This document shows positions 38,666 through 51,979 of a DNA stretch of 64,000 bases, one piece after another. Positions within the stretch are counted from its first letter, which is position 1, and every line of letters begins with the position of its first letter. Source of the DNA: Octopus vulgaris (taxonomy: Eukaryota); assembly GCA_951406725.2 (NCBI GenBank), contig OX597819.1:88908001-88972000 (forward strand), in the 5' to 3' direction. The position numbers were made by a program, and so were the translations under genes. The notes under the pieces were generated by a model that saw only the letters and a list, made by a program, of their open reading frames with translations, was not told the origin of the DNA and did not search any database.

Positions 38666-40871
38666 ACTTAATATCAAAGAAATGCTGCTTACCTTTACAA
38701 AGACTCATGTTTGGAAAGATCTTTTTTCAAGCTACAGGAAGTAGCAGTTCTCAATATGACTTTTAGTAGACAGATAATTTTCAACTAGTGATAACCAGTG
38801 CACCTGAGCACTGTATACAATAATTTCATTATTATTATAACCACAATTTCAATAAAGCTAACTGGTTATGAGTAATACCTATACATAGAGTTGTTAGATA
38901 TAACACTTGGTTTATTAGTAAACTGTGTTCTCAATGGTTTATCCCTTCAGTAGTTAAACTGGCTATATCAGGCCTAAACATTCTAGCTGTTTTATGTTTA
39001 AACTGGCCAGATCTGGCCTTTCACACCCACTCTACAATGTCATTCCAAAAATAAATAATTACATCATCAAAATCACAAGACCCTGAGCTAATGCATAATT
39101 AATTCAAAACAAGGTGAATAAATGAGCATTACATTTGACATCTGAATGCTAAAGGGTTAAGGTGAAAAAATGGAAGATAATAAAGGACAACTGTAATTTC
39201 CTAAGCTAGTGTGAGTTAAAAATCGGGGTATTAAGGGCTGCTCTGGAAATAAATTATAGAATTAAAAAAGAAGGAGGTTAACAAAAAGACAACTCTGATT
39301 AGAAGAAAATAACAAAAAGGAGTGGTGAAATGTGGTTATTTAACAACACACACTCACACATCAACATAAAAGGAAAAAATAGGGCCAACAAATTGTTTAG
39401 AGATAATATGACACCACAAACACATTATTACTAATATTTCTACTACCTTTAAACACACATTTTTTTTTTTTTTTTTTTTTTCTACCAGCCAACAGAACAA
39501 ACAAATAGAATAAATTTCCCTTCACCAACAATATATAAAAAAAACTGATGACCAGGTTAGAAACTCATACCTTTATATAAGTTAACAACTGGAGGTCAGA
39601 ACAGCTGGTAAAGAAGTTATGTTTCCCTAACTTGATGAAAATTAATTTTGGGCCTCATCATGTCCGAATCCTAGACACAGGGGTGTCTTCATTTCTTACA
39701 CTGCACCCATTAACCGGTTATTACACTTTTAATTTATATATCAAATTCTATCAGCATTGCTGAAACCATGGAGATCACATTACACCAAAAGCTACTGCCG
39801 TGCCCTACCTAACATACTGGAAAACAAAGCGGCCATTGTCTGCCACATCAAATAATATGGGAAGGCATTGTAATAAATTACACTTACATCTTCATCCTAG
39901 CAAAACAGGTTCCAAGAGAAACACACCATTTATTATTACTTTGAGCATACATATGCACGTACATACATACATACATACATACATACATACATACATAAAT
40001 AAATAAATACATACATACATATATATTTCTGTATGTATGTATAATCATTTGTTTTTCATTTCATTTCAAAGAATTTAACAGCATAATAACTGTATTGCTA
40101 TTAAACTCATTAGTCAACAGTTGTCGAGCCCATCAATCTTCACTGTTTTGAAGTTTAAAGTGCCATGAAATCCGACCTTATCTAATAAAACAATTGAATA
40201 AAAGCATCAACCATTTTTTTTTTCTCTAAATCTCTGATTATAAACTGAAACTTAATAGCCTTTCTAGTTTACTTCAAACCAACATAATCTTCCTTTGAAG
40301 TAAGGAATTCAGATTTAGAGGTCATTTAAAATTTCTAAAACTATATATTCATGAAAAATGGAAAATATATAAAATAAAATAAAATAGCATAAATGAAAAT
40401 AAATAGAAAGAGGGGGGAAAAACAGACAAAAAAATTTAACCATTCCATCAATAATATCAAAGACTAACTTTTAGTTGATAACATTCACGCTGTTACTGCT
40501 GTTGTTGTCTCCTTCCTTTTATACATTTGAAGGCATTGCCAAACGAGTGAACTTCTGGTGATCTTACTGGTTTTTTTTTTTTTAGATTCTCTAAGGGAGA
40601 ACACACCTTTTCCTCCACCTCCACCAAACTGCTTCTTTCTTTGTGACCTACTATTGGAACATAGACTTTTAACTTGGGTATGCATGCTAACAAAGAACAT
40701 TAACTGATAATACAGTGTCACACTAATGAGCTCTACCAACTCGTACCTATTTACAATAAGATGCATTTTATGTCTTGGCCATAAGATACAGCATGATGTC
40801 ACCAGCAGTTTATGAACAGGGTAACATTAGGGGAGTGTTTGAAGACACCATTTTCTCAATCAATGGCAACT

Positions 40872-41257
40872 TATTTCTTTATTGCCCACAAGAGACTGAA
40901 CACAGAGGGGACAAACAAGGACAGACAAAGGGATTAAGTCGATTACATCGACCCCAGTGCGTAACTGGTACTTAATTTATCGAGCCCGAAAGGATGAAAG
41001 GTAAAGTCGACCTCGGCAGAATTTGAACCCAGAACATAATGGCAGATGAAATACCTATTTCTTTACTACCCACAAGGGGCCAAACAAATGGATTAAGTCG
41101 ATTATATCGACCCCAGTGCATAACTTCTACTCAATTTATCGACCCTGAAAGGATGAAAGGCAAAGTCGACCTCGGTGGAATTGAACTCAGAACGTAACGG
41201 CAGATGAAATATGGCTACGCATTTCGCCCGGCGTTCTAACATTTCTGCCAGCTCGCC
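40872..41257 (-). mobile_element. Dimeric SINE family B
   Basis: Same internal junction as 36606-37020. TSD CAATGGCAACT / CAATAGCAACT. Confidence 0.85.
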
Positions 41258-41536
41258 AATAGCAACTATCAGTAACTTTAACCATTTAGCATTTAAACAA
41301 GCCGTGTTCAACCTAAATATTCTACCTGTTTTATGTTCAAACTGGTTGGATACAACCTCTTACAACTATCTTACAATGTCATTCTAAAAACAGTCACATC
41401 ATTCAATCTTTGAAATCTTGAAGCAGTGAGATAATGCATGATTAATTCAAAATAATGTGAATAAATAAGCATTACACTTGACAGAGCAATCTGAATGCAA
41501 AAGAGTAGTCACTACTTTTACAGACACATGACTAAT

Positions 41537-42110
41537 GAAGGTGCATGGCTCAGTGGTTAGTGTTGGGCTCACAATCATGAGGTAGAGGGTTCGTTTCCTA
41601 GACCAGGTAGTGTTTTGTGTTCTTGTGCAAGACACTTTATTTCACATTGCTCCAGTTCACTCAGCTGTGGTGCCAAGCCATATTGATCATTGCCTTTCCC
41701 TTGGATAACATCAATGACATGGAGAGGGGAAGGCTGGTGTGCGTGAGTGACTGCTGGTCTTCCATAACAACCTCACCGGGACTTGTGCCTTGGAGGTGAA
41801 CTTCCTAGGTGCAATCCATGGTCATTCATGACCAAAGGGGTTCTGAGGAATTACAACCGTGTTTCACGGTCTGCTACCACAACTGATCCAGTTAGCTCAA
41901 GATATCATCAGGAGGAACCACGTCTGGTTTCGGCCCCTACACCTCTACTGTTTTGACGTGCCCCCAGCTCTGGTGTTGGGTGCATGTCTTCTTTTTTCTG
42001 TTCCCTGAAGAAAGAAGAAGAAAGAAGACTTGTGCCTTGGAGGGGAACTTTCTAGGTGCAATCCATGGTCATTCATGACCAAAGGGGCTCTTTACCCTAT
42101 TTACCCTATT
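41537..42110 (+). mobile_element. SINE family C interrupted by a LINE-like 3' fragment
   Basis: A-box TGGCTCAGTGG head and CORE-like body. A 186-bp insert (41841-42026) is flanked by a 61-bp duplication. Confidence 0.75.
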
Positions 42111-43668
42111 TATTTACTATGGGCAAGCTAGGGCATTGCTTGTGTTTAAGTCAAATACATTGACTTCCCACTACTTATCTTAGTTAGCTACTTAATTTGA
42201 TTGGTCTGTATTTATTGAATGGTTATGTTATCTTTTTGAAATATAAGGGGACACAGTATTAGAAGTACACACATTCACAAACACAAGTGTGCACAAACTA
42301 TGAACTTTTGCACAGTTTCCATCAACCAAATTTCAGTCACAAGGCATTAATTAATCTGAGGCTACAATGGAGGACCCTTGTCCAAGGTGCTGCAGAATGG
42401 GATCCAACTGAAACTGCATAGTTTCAAAGCAAACTTCTTAACACATCGAATTTCAAAACCAACGTGACTTGGAAGAGGAAAGAAAACCCAGAAATGAGAA
42501 CAATGGAGAAAAGTCATTGAGGACTTATTCTCCATAGGGAGGGAGCAAAGGGCTTAAGTAAGGATAAACACATACAATACAAGTAAAAAAAAATTCTCTT
42601 CACCAGTACTACCAATAATCCAATTTAGCCAATATTCTGTATAGAATTACCATGGAGCAGGAGAAGTTATTGAAATACTATTATGCAACACAAGAAAGGG
42701 AATGAGAAAGGGAAGAAGAAAAACATTTTTGATCATCCATGTTTTCATGAATGCTTCCCAACTTTAATAGTAGAGAAAGAAAAGACAAAGCTTTGAACTC
42801 CATCAGAGAACTGTTAAACAAACAGTGAAGGATTACATTGGCCTGTCTCAGCATCCATTAACCCCTTTTTCATGCCGCCTTAGACCTCCTTTTGTTCAAT
42901 GAATCTAAACTTCTCATTTTCAAGGGTCCATAGTTTAAATGAAAAACCACCCATCGTAATGTTATATTGGAATTTTTAGTTATATTCCAAATACTAGTTT
43001 AACCCTTAGAGCTTCCATCAAATTTCCTGTTAATTCATGGTCTAAACAGCAACTTAATAGTAACAAAGTTATTTTAGTAAAGTCTCATTATTTTCAAAAT
43101 TAACTGCATTTTAACAGAAATATGGTAATGAAAGGGTTAATAATGACAAAATTAGTTATTTTAATAATTTCCTCCAAATTATATATTACTAAATTCTTCC
43201 AATATTAACTACTGCACATAGGTAGCATATTTCATTCAAAATATTATCGGTGAAGGATTATATATTTTAGGCTTCTTTGTAAAAACAAAAATTCTGAAAG
43301 AAAAACTATCATTATGTCCAAGTAATTTGTTCATAGTCAAATTTTTTTTTCTCCTTTATCAGTCTGGTCTGTTGCAGTTTCTGCAGATACTCCTCAATGT
43401 GACCGCCATATTCTTTAGCTGGCAATGCAACATTATTCTAGATTCCAATGGGAATTACAAGACTAATTATTTACCAAACATTTTGTGTGTGTGTGTTTGT
43501 GTATGTGCAAGTGCATGTATACAATATGATAGCAGTATTTACAGGTACTAGAATGTTGGTATAATAATATACATATATGATATAAATATTCACATATATA
43601 CATACATAAATATATGTATATACACCTGTATACCATCATCATTTAATGTCCACCTTCCATGCCGGGAT

Positions 43669-43756
<88 letters not shown>

Positions 43757-43788
43757 TTATGTGTACATATAAGTTTCTATATGTGTGT

Positions 43789-43825
<37 letters not shown>

Positions 43826-45364
43826 CACACATACATATATATACATTACACACACATCACATATATATACACACACAATATATATATGCATGTATATATT
43901 GCATGCATATGCATGTCTGCACCTGCCTATCTACCAATATATATATATATATATATATATATCTTTATATATATATGCAAACAGATACACACACACTGAA
44001 CATACATACATACACACACACACACATACATACATAGATACACACTCACACATGCATACATCTACTTACACATCGAAACTTACATAACCATATGGTATGA
44101 TAAAATAATATTGCCATTCATTTCCAGTTCATTGTTTATTTAATGAAGAGGTAAAACTCAAAGGAATTAAGTAAAACTTCTGTTATTTTTCCTATGCAGT
44201 TGCTTAAATATGCATCTTAATTCAGTATGGCATTTTACAAGGACCACACACACACAAACCATATCGATAAACATGCAAATGTAGTTCAGTAAATAATATG
44301 CCAATCAAACACAGAACCAAATGAAAGCAGGTTAATTATAGCTAGAAGAAGAAGATATATTCTCCAAAATAGAAAAATTCCTAACAACCTCATTGGTTCT
44401 TCAACGTTAATGCGAAATAATATATTATAGTGGACAACAAAGAAGATTCTGTACATACTTACATACATACATCATTAGATGCATATATACATTAATTACA
44501 TGTATTTGCACGCATATTTTTACATGTTGGCATGTGTTCGTTTTCATACTTGATATATTTATTCATGCACACATATATATGTATACATACATATACATAC
44601 ACGCAGGCCACACACGTGCACATAAGTATAATTAACTTGTGTACATACAAAAGATATTTATGTATTCGTACACATAGATAAATACATAAACACGCACACA
44701 TCCATACACAGGTATGTATACATGCAAATAGATATTTATATACTCAAATTTATTTCAAGTACTAGCTGTGTATGTGTGAGCGTGACTGAATATGTATATG
44801 TATGCTTACATGCACACTATCATATTCATCATCATTATTATCAACGACAACATAGCTTTAATATCCACTTTTCCATGCTTGCATGGATCATGGATCGGAC
44901 GGATTCATTGAAGCTGATGGTAAATGGCTGGATACCCTCCCATTTACCAACCTTCACCTGTTTCCAAGTAAAGTAATGTTTCCCCACATTACCAGACATG
45001 CTATCATGAAAAATTGCAAATGAATGACACTATATAACAGCAATACTCATTTAAAACTATCTCACGATGTCAAAACAAGGGTACACAAATACACACACAC
45101 GACAGGCTTCTTCCAAATTCTGTCTACCAAATCCATTCGCAAGGCTTTGAGTAATCTAGAGTTACAGTAGAAGACGCTTGCTCAAGTTACCACATAGTGG
45201 AACTGAACTTGAAACCCCATAGTTAAGAAGCAACTTTGTTAACTACATAGCCAATGCCTGCATCTGAGCCATTCTCTGTCTATCTGTCTATCTTTATTCT
45301 TTCATGTGTTCCAATGCAAAAGCTGTGGCCAAGCTGGAACACTACCATTAAAAGACATAACAAT

Positions 45365-45556
45365 TATGAGGGAATGCTGCAAAGTTCCAGGCTTTAAGGC
45401 CTGGTTAGATTCCAAACCTTCTTTTAAAAATACTGAAGGACCACTGTAATAAGTGTGTGAATCTGAGAGGAGAATATGTTAATAAAACCATAATTAACTG
45501 ATCCTCCTCTATTTTCTTTTACCCAAAGCCAGGAACTGTTCAGCCCACTCCTCTTA
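45365..45556 (+). mobile_element. mariner-derived MITE
   Basis: Imperfect TIRs TGAGGG..TGCTGCAAAGTTCCAGGCTTT / AAAGCCAGGAACTGTTCAGC; internal KCVNLRGEYV mariner C-terminus; TA flanks. Confidence 0.75.
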
Positions 45557-45568
45557 TATAAATAGGAG

Positions 45569-45624
<56 letters not shown>

Positions 45625-45866
45625 CACACACACATGAATTTATGTGTGCAAATGGAAAAAAAGAAGACACAATATATTCTGAAGAGCTTATAATTAAATG
45701 GCAAATAATTTTCTACTGCATTTTCTTAAAGTTTCCCATACACAAAACAATATAAATTTACATCATAATTTGTATGACAGTTAGTCATTATAAAGTATGC
45801 ACACGCATACACATTACTAGATATTTAAACAGTTCATTCATGCATGAGAGAGAGACACACACACAT

Positions 45867-45908
<42 letters not shown>

Positions 45909-46527
45909 AAAACACACACCTACACATCTATTGGGGAATTACTCTGTTTAATTTTCCAAAATCAACTGTGACTACTGTGGAATGCAAATACTATCCAAAT
46001 GATATTTTGTTTCTAAAAGAGCAATATGAAACTGAATGCAGCTTTTTCCTTATCATGTTTACAAAAGCATATAATTATCTGCAATACAATTACAACATTC
46101 CTCTGTCAGGTTTCAGATTGAAGGGAATTTTTGGCTGTCAAATTGAAATGTGGACCCTCACTTTGGAACCTAGAAATTTCTTTAAGCAATTTCACAAGAA
46201 TGTATACCAACCAGGTGACTTCTATGTGGTAGCTTAACTGATTAGAAACAGCAGCCAAATCCTAATGAAATCACACTACACCGTCTTAAGTGAAGTAAAA
46301 AGCCACATTGGATGTGGTGGTAGATGGTCATAGTTGGAATGCTTTTGACTATGGGACTGCAGATTCAGTTAAATAACAGAGGCAACAAAAACATATATAC
46401 ATAAAAATTCATGAAAACAAAATAAGTTAGTGTCACATAACAAGAGATGATGCATGATATTTCATACAGGAACATTCTCCAAAGAAATTAAAATTTTTTA
46501 AATATATATATGATAGATCATTAGCCA

Positions 46528-46705
46528 CTACACACACTTTTTTCTCTCCTCGTTTCTCTCCTTGTTTTTTCTGTGTCCCTTTCTGTAGAAGAGCGTAGGC
46601 TCAAAATGTAAAAGACTTTTTCTATTCCTGAGCGTTATACTAATACATCTGTTTGTTTTGTACACCACCTGTCTTCGTCTTTTGTTTTTTTCGTAAACTC
46701 TCCCT
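46528..46705 (+). mobile_element. Penelope-like pseudo-LTR fragment with degenerate minimal hammerhead-like motif
   Basis: CTTT-CTGTAGA-A-GAGC-gtag-GCTC-AAAA-TGTA-AAAG at 46579-46614. Abuts (TA)n. Homologous copy at ~47600-47750. Confidence 0.45.
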
Positions 46706-46715
46706 ATATATATAT

Positions 46716-46768
<53 letters not shown>

Positions 46769-46805
46769 TATATGTGTGTATGTATGTATGTATGTATGTA
46801 TTATA

Positions 46806-46988
46806 GGTGCAGGAGTGGCTGTGAGAAGCTTGCTTCCCAACCACTTGGTTCTGGGTTCAGTCCGACTGCATGGCACCTTGGGCAAATGTCTTCTACTATA
46901 GTCTCGGGCTGACCAAAGCCTTGTGAGTCGATTTGGTAGATGGAAACTGAAAGAAAGCCCATCATATATATATATATATATGTATGTA

Positions 46989-47019
<31 letters not shown>

Positions 47020-47180
47020 GGTGTGTTTATGTCCCTGTAATTTAGCGGCTCAGCAAAAGAGACCAATAGAGTAAGTACTAGGCTTACAAAGAATGAGTCC
47101 TGGGGTCGATTTGTTCGACTAAAGGTGGTGCTTCAGCATGACTGCAGTCAAATGACTGAAACATGTAAAAGAAAAAGAAA
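46806..47180 (+). mobile_element. SINE family A (full head)
   Basis: GGTGCAGGAGTGGCTGTG head, GGTTCAGTCC B-box, internal microsatellite, typical tail. Confidence 0.9.
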
Positions 47181-47375
47181 ATATACGTGTATGAAATAAT
47201 GAAGCCAACCATACACAATATAAGGCCAAAAAGGAAAAATTTAAGTTGTTACAAACTGTGACCAAGGGAGCAGGAAAACACCTACATTGCTAGAAATAAG
47301 AATTAAAACCTCTTAGCCACAAAGAAGCGCATATCTAAGTGCTGACAGGGGAGATAACCATACCACAGTGAGCAA

Positions 47376-47428
47376 GATCACTATACTAATCTAGTTTCGC
47401 TTAAAATCAAAGCTCATCAAGTGGTGAC

Positions 47429-47429
<1 letters not shown>
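47376..47429 (-). ncRNA. Type I hammerhead ribozyme-like motif with 1-nt core insertion
   Basis: Minus strand reads GGTCACCA-CTTGATGA-GCTT-tgatttt-AAGC-GAAA-CTA-gat-TAG-TA-TAGTGATC. Stems II and III are perfect; stem I is 8 bp with 1 mismatch. Confidence 0.6.
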
Positions 47430-47481
<52 letters not shown>

Positions 47482-47497
47482 GAGAGAGAGAGGGAGG

Positions 47498-47537
<40 letters not shown>

Positions 47538-48330
47538 AGAAGGGGATGTGTGTGTATCCTCCTTGTGATCATTTCAACATTTGGGACCATTCCACCACCT
47601 CTTTCCCTCTCATTGCTTTCTGTTGAAAGAGCATAGGCTTGAAACATCAAAGACTTTTCCATTTTTCCCAGAATGACAAACTAATACATCTCCTTGTTGT
47701 TTCCTCATCTGTCCCTGTCTTTTGTTTTCTGTATATTTGAACCATAACTATCTATCTCTATATATAGAGAGAGAGGGGGGAGAGAGAGAGAGAGAGAAAG
47801 AGAGAAGGAGTGTATGTGTGTGCATGTATTGCTGTATATTATAAGTAAATGAATCCTCTATCAATTTCATTGTTGAATATTCTAGTTGTTTAATCAAAGG
47901 AAATAGTGACTAGTTACATTAGCATGTTAATAGCTGAGCTTTCTACAGACATAACACCTTCAACTATTTAACATTCAAATTAATTACTCAAATGCAAAGC
48001 TAATTTCTTCACATTGTTTAGAATTAGCCATTTATCATCTCACACCTTCAAGATTCCAATGAGATTGTCTATTTTCAGAATGACAATGTAGAGTAACTAT
48101 TAGAGGCCAGATCTGATGAGTCTGAACATAGAACAGGTAAAATATTTGGGTTAGATATGAGTGGTTTATATGTTGAGGAATTAATAAAATCCTCAGGAAG
48201 AGTCAGCATGACATGATGTGTGACGAAGCTGTCCATTTGATTTACAGAAATATTCCATCTGAAGAGTTTAATTTAATCAAGTAGACAAATGGGTTGGGAT
48301 AAACATATATGGACACACGCACATGTATAT

Positions 48331-48485
48331 GCAGGCATGGCTGTATGGTTAAGAAGGTAGATTTGTAACCAGGTGGTTTCAGGTTCAGTCACACTGTGTG
48401 ACACCATGAGTGTCTTTTACTATAGCCCTGGGACAACCAATGCCATCTGAGTTAATTTGGTAGACAGAAACTGAAAGAAGTCTGC

Positions 48486-48531
<46 letters not shown>

Positions 48532-48701
48532 CACGTGTGTATGTGTGAGAGAGAGAGAGAGAAAGTGCAAGTATGTGCATGTATGCATGTATGTGTATGT
48601 ATGTATGCATGTGAGAGAGAGAGAGAGAGAGAGCATGTATTAGTGTGTGTATGTATGCATGCATGTGTGTATGTATGATTGCCTGTATGCAGGTATTTGT
48701 A

Positions 48702-48743
<42 letters not shown>

Positions 48744-49035
48744 CATGTATGAGTGTGTGCATATGTATGTGTGTGTATGCATGCATGTGTGTATACATGC
48801 ATGCATGCATGCATATATGTGTGTGTGTATGTGCATAACTATCACCTGGCAACTGGTGTTAGTTTGTTTACATCTCTGTATCTTAGCAGTTCAGCAAAAA
48901 GAGAGAAAAAAAAATTATAGAATATGTACAAGATTAAAAAAAAAAATGTACTGGGTTTGATTTGTTTGACTAAAACCCTTCAAAGTAGCACCCCAGCATG
49001 GCCACAGTCCAATGACCAAAACAAGCAAAAGATAA
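48331..49035 (+). mobile_element. SINE family A with ~350-bp internal microsatellite expansion
   Basis: Head at 48331-48486 and tail at ~48840-49035 are separated by compound (TG)/(GA)/(TGCA) repeats. Confidence 0.8.
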
Positions 49036-49539
49036 ACGGTAAAGGATATAAATACATTTGGCATTTAAGAAGTTTGTTGTACGCTTAGATTCTGGGTTCA
49101 ATTTCATTACACAACACGTTACATAAATGCTTTGTATTACAGCTTTATCAGTGGAATTTGGGATATCAGATTGTGTGAAGGCCTGGTGTGTGTGTGTGAG
49201 AGAGAGAGAGAGATCATCATCGTCATCGTCGTTGTCACCATCATCATCATTTAATGTCCATTTTCCATGCTTGCATGGGTTGACCGGCTTAACAGGGACT
49301 GGCCAGCTGAAGAGCTGCCTAGACTGCAAATGTCTGTTTTTGCATGGTTTCTACAACTGGATGCCCTTCCTAATACCAACTGCTTTTGTAAAAAGTAGTA
49401 AGCCAGTGACTGTGACTGGTCAGTCACAAACCTGCAACCAACAATGCTATTGTTGACAAAATGCAATATATAATAAAAATAGAATAAATGCATAGAATAG
49501 TTACAGTTTGATATTTCCACCAAACACTTCCACATTTAA

Positions 49540-49562
49540 TTGTATGCATGTGTGTATGTATG

Positions 49563-49604
<42 letters not shown>

Positions 49605-49721
49605 TATACACACATATATATATATATATACATATACACATATATATATATATACACATATATATACACACATATATATATATATATACATATACACATA
49701 CATATATATATATATACATAT

Positions 49722-49767
<46 letters not shown>

Positions 49768-49979
49768 ATACATATACACATACATATATATATATACATA
49801 TACACATACAATATATATATATATATACGTACATATATACATATACATACATACATACATACATACATACACAAGTTTTCTTGTATGTTTCTTAATAATA
49901 ATAGCATTACTCCCTTAACTGATCATGTACTCTACTGCTTATATATATGTATGTATGTATGTATATATGTATCTATGTG

Positions 49980-50019
<40 letters not shown>

Positions 50020-50030
50020 TACACACACAC

Positions 50031-50069
<39 letters not shown>

Positions 50070-50150
50070 CATACAGACACACACACACACACACAACAGC
50101 CTTTCTTCCCAGTGTGTGTGTATGTGTGTGTGTGCATGCATGTGTGCCAG
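49540..50150. repeat. Compound (TA)n/(CA)n microsatellite field
   Basis: Continuous degenerate TA/CA dinucleotide repeats. Similar fields at 26220-26390, 43590-44080 and 60540-60900. Confidence 0.95.
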
Positions 50151-50992
50151 GGGATTGGCAGCAGATACTGCTTGCAGTAGTTAGCGCCTCTTTATCTTAT
50201 TGACTATCTAACATATCTACTCTATTTGAGAAGCCTCTGTATTCATTACTTATACTACAAGGAATTTCCCTCCTGTGTCCTAGCAACCAACCAGTAACCA
50301 TGGCATACATAAATTTCCTGCCTAAGCTAGCTTTTACATTTTCATCCTACCATTTCCACATGTTTACCCTCCGCCCACCTCCACCTTGTTCGATGATTGA
50401 TTGGGAGATATCTACAAAAATTACCATCCCCCCCTCCCAACACTTACCCTATATTCACTCTGTCTCATTGGTGTTGGTCATTCATTCATTCATTATGTTC
50501 ACCTCAGTTGTTTAGCATTAGCCTGAGGGAATGGTAAGCTTTAGGTCTTACTTGGTCAAGGTTATCTTTTTTTTTTTTTTTTTTACATTTAATGTTATCT
50601 TTTTTTTTTAATCTTTTATCTTTTACTTGTTTCACTCATTAGACGGTGGCCATGCTGGAGCACGACCTCGAAGAATTTTATAGTCAAACAAATCAACCAC
50701 ATGACTTTTAAAAAAAAAAAAAAAGCTTGGTAGTTATTCTATTGGTCACTTCTGCTGAACTGCTAAGTTATGGGGATGTAAACACACCAACATCAGTTGA
50801 CAAGCAGTAGTAGGGGACATACAACATGCATACATGGCAGTCTCTGCTTACGAAATGTAATTCCATCATCCTTAAACTAAAATTTAATTCTCTATGCATC
50901 ATGAGAAAATATTCAATAATTAATAAACCATGCAGTATATGCTCCCTATGGGTATGCCCTTAGAGCAAAGCTCATGAAATAGACTGTGCAAC

Positions 50993-51055
<63 letters not shown>

Positions 51056-51355
51056 CTCTGTTGGTTATGATGACGAGGGTTCCGGTTGATCAAATCAATG
51101 GAACAGCTGGATCATGAAATTAGTGTGCATGTGGTTGAGCATTCCACGGACACGTGTACATTTAAAGTAGTTCCCAGGGAGATTCAGCATGATACAGAGT
51201 GTGACAAGGCTGGCCCTTTGAAATATAGGTACTACTTATTTTTGCTAGCTGAGTAGACTGGAGCAACATGAAGTAAAGTGTATTGTTCAAGGGCAGAACA
51301 CACAACCTTGCAATCATGAGCTGAATGCCCTAACCACTAAACCATGTGCCTTCAA

Positions 51356-51387
<32 letters not shown>

Positions 51388-51979
51388 TATTTTTGTTCTT
51401 TTGTTTTTCCTTAGAATTAAAAGATTTCCTTTCATTAAAATAAAAAAAAAGGTTTCCTTTCATTAAAATAAAATACACCAAAACAAAATGGGGAGTATTT
51501 CTTAAATAAAAAGAATAAGAATAGAAACACTTAAAAAAGTTGTTGTATGAATTTTATTTCAAATCCAAAAAGCCTATATCAGAAAAAAACACACAAAAAA
51601 ACAAGAAAAACACACACACACACACCTTACAATCTTTCTTCAGTTACCTTAATCGTTAAATCTAAATATTTTATCACTATATTTCTAACTATACATTCTG
51701 CTTTTGTGTTTTAATTTTCTAAATCATCAAGAATTAATTACGATATAGCTAATTTACTGATATGATTAATTTTAATTTTAAAAAAAAAAGATAAATTTTC
51801 AGTCTTCCAGGTAAAGAATGATATTTCAGTCCAAAATTTTAATTTAAATTTCATCACAGTTAACAGACTTGGTTTCAAGATAGCTGATATTAAGGAGAGC
51901 AGGGAAATGAAATGGTTTAATCATGCAACATGATACCCAACTATTAATGAATATGGTCATGTATAAAGACAACCTTCCT

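Noticed and set aside
38693-38733. Minus-strand AG...GTAAGC-bounded 39-nt segment
   Set aside because: Stop codons in all three frames; no support as a coding exon.
46806-46880. tRNA gene calls at A/B-box motifs
   Set aside because: These are SINE heads: no complete cloverleaf, and they continue into repeat bodies.
49424-50203. Many overlapping 100-214 aa ORFs rich in Y/I/H/T/C/V (also 43590-44087, 48385-48960, 60496-61088)
   Set aside because: Dinucleotide microsatellite artefacts.
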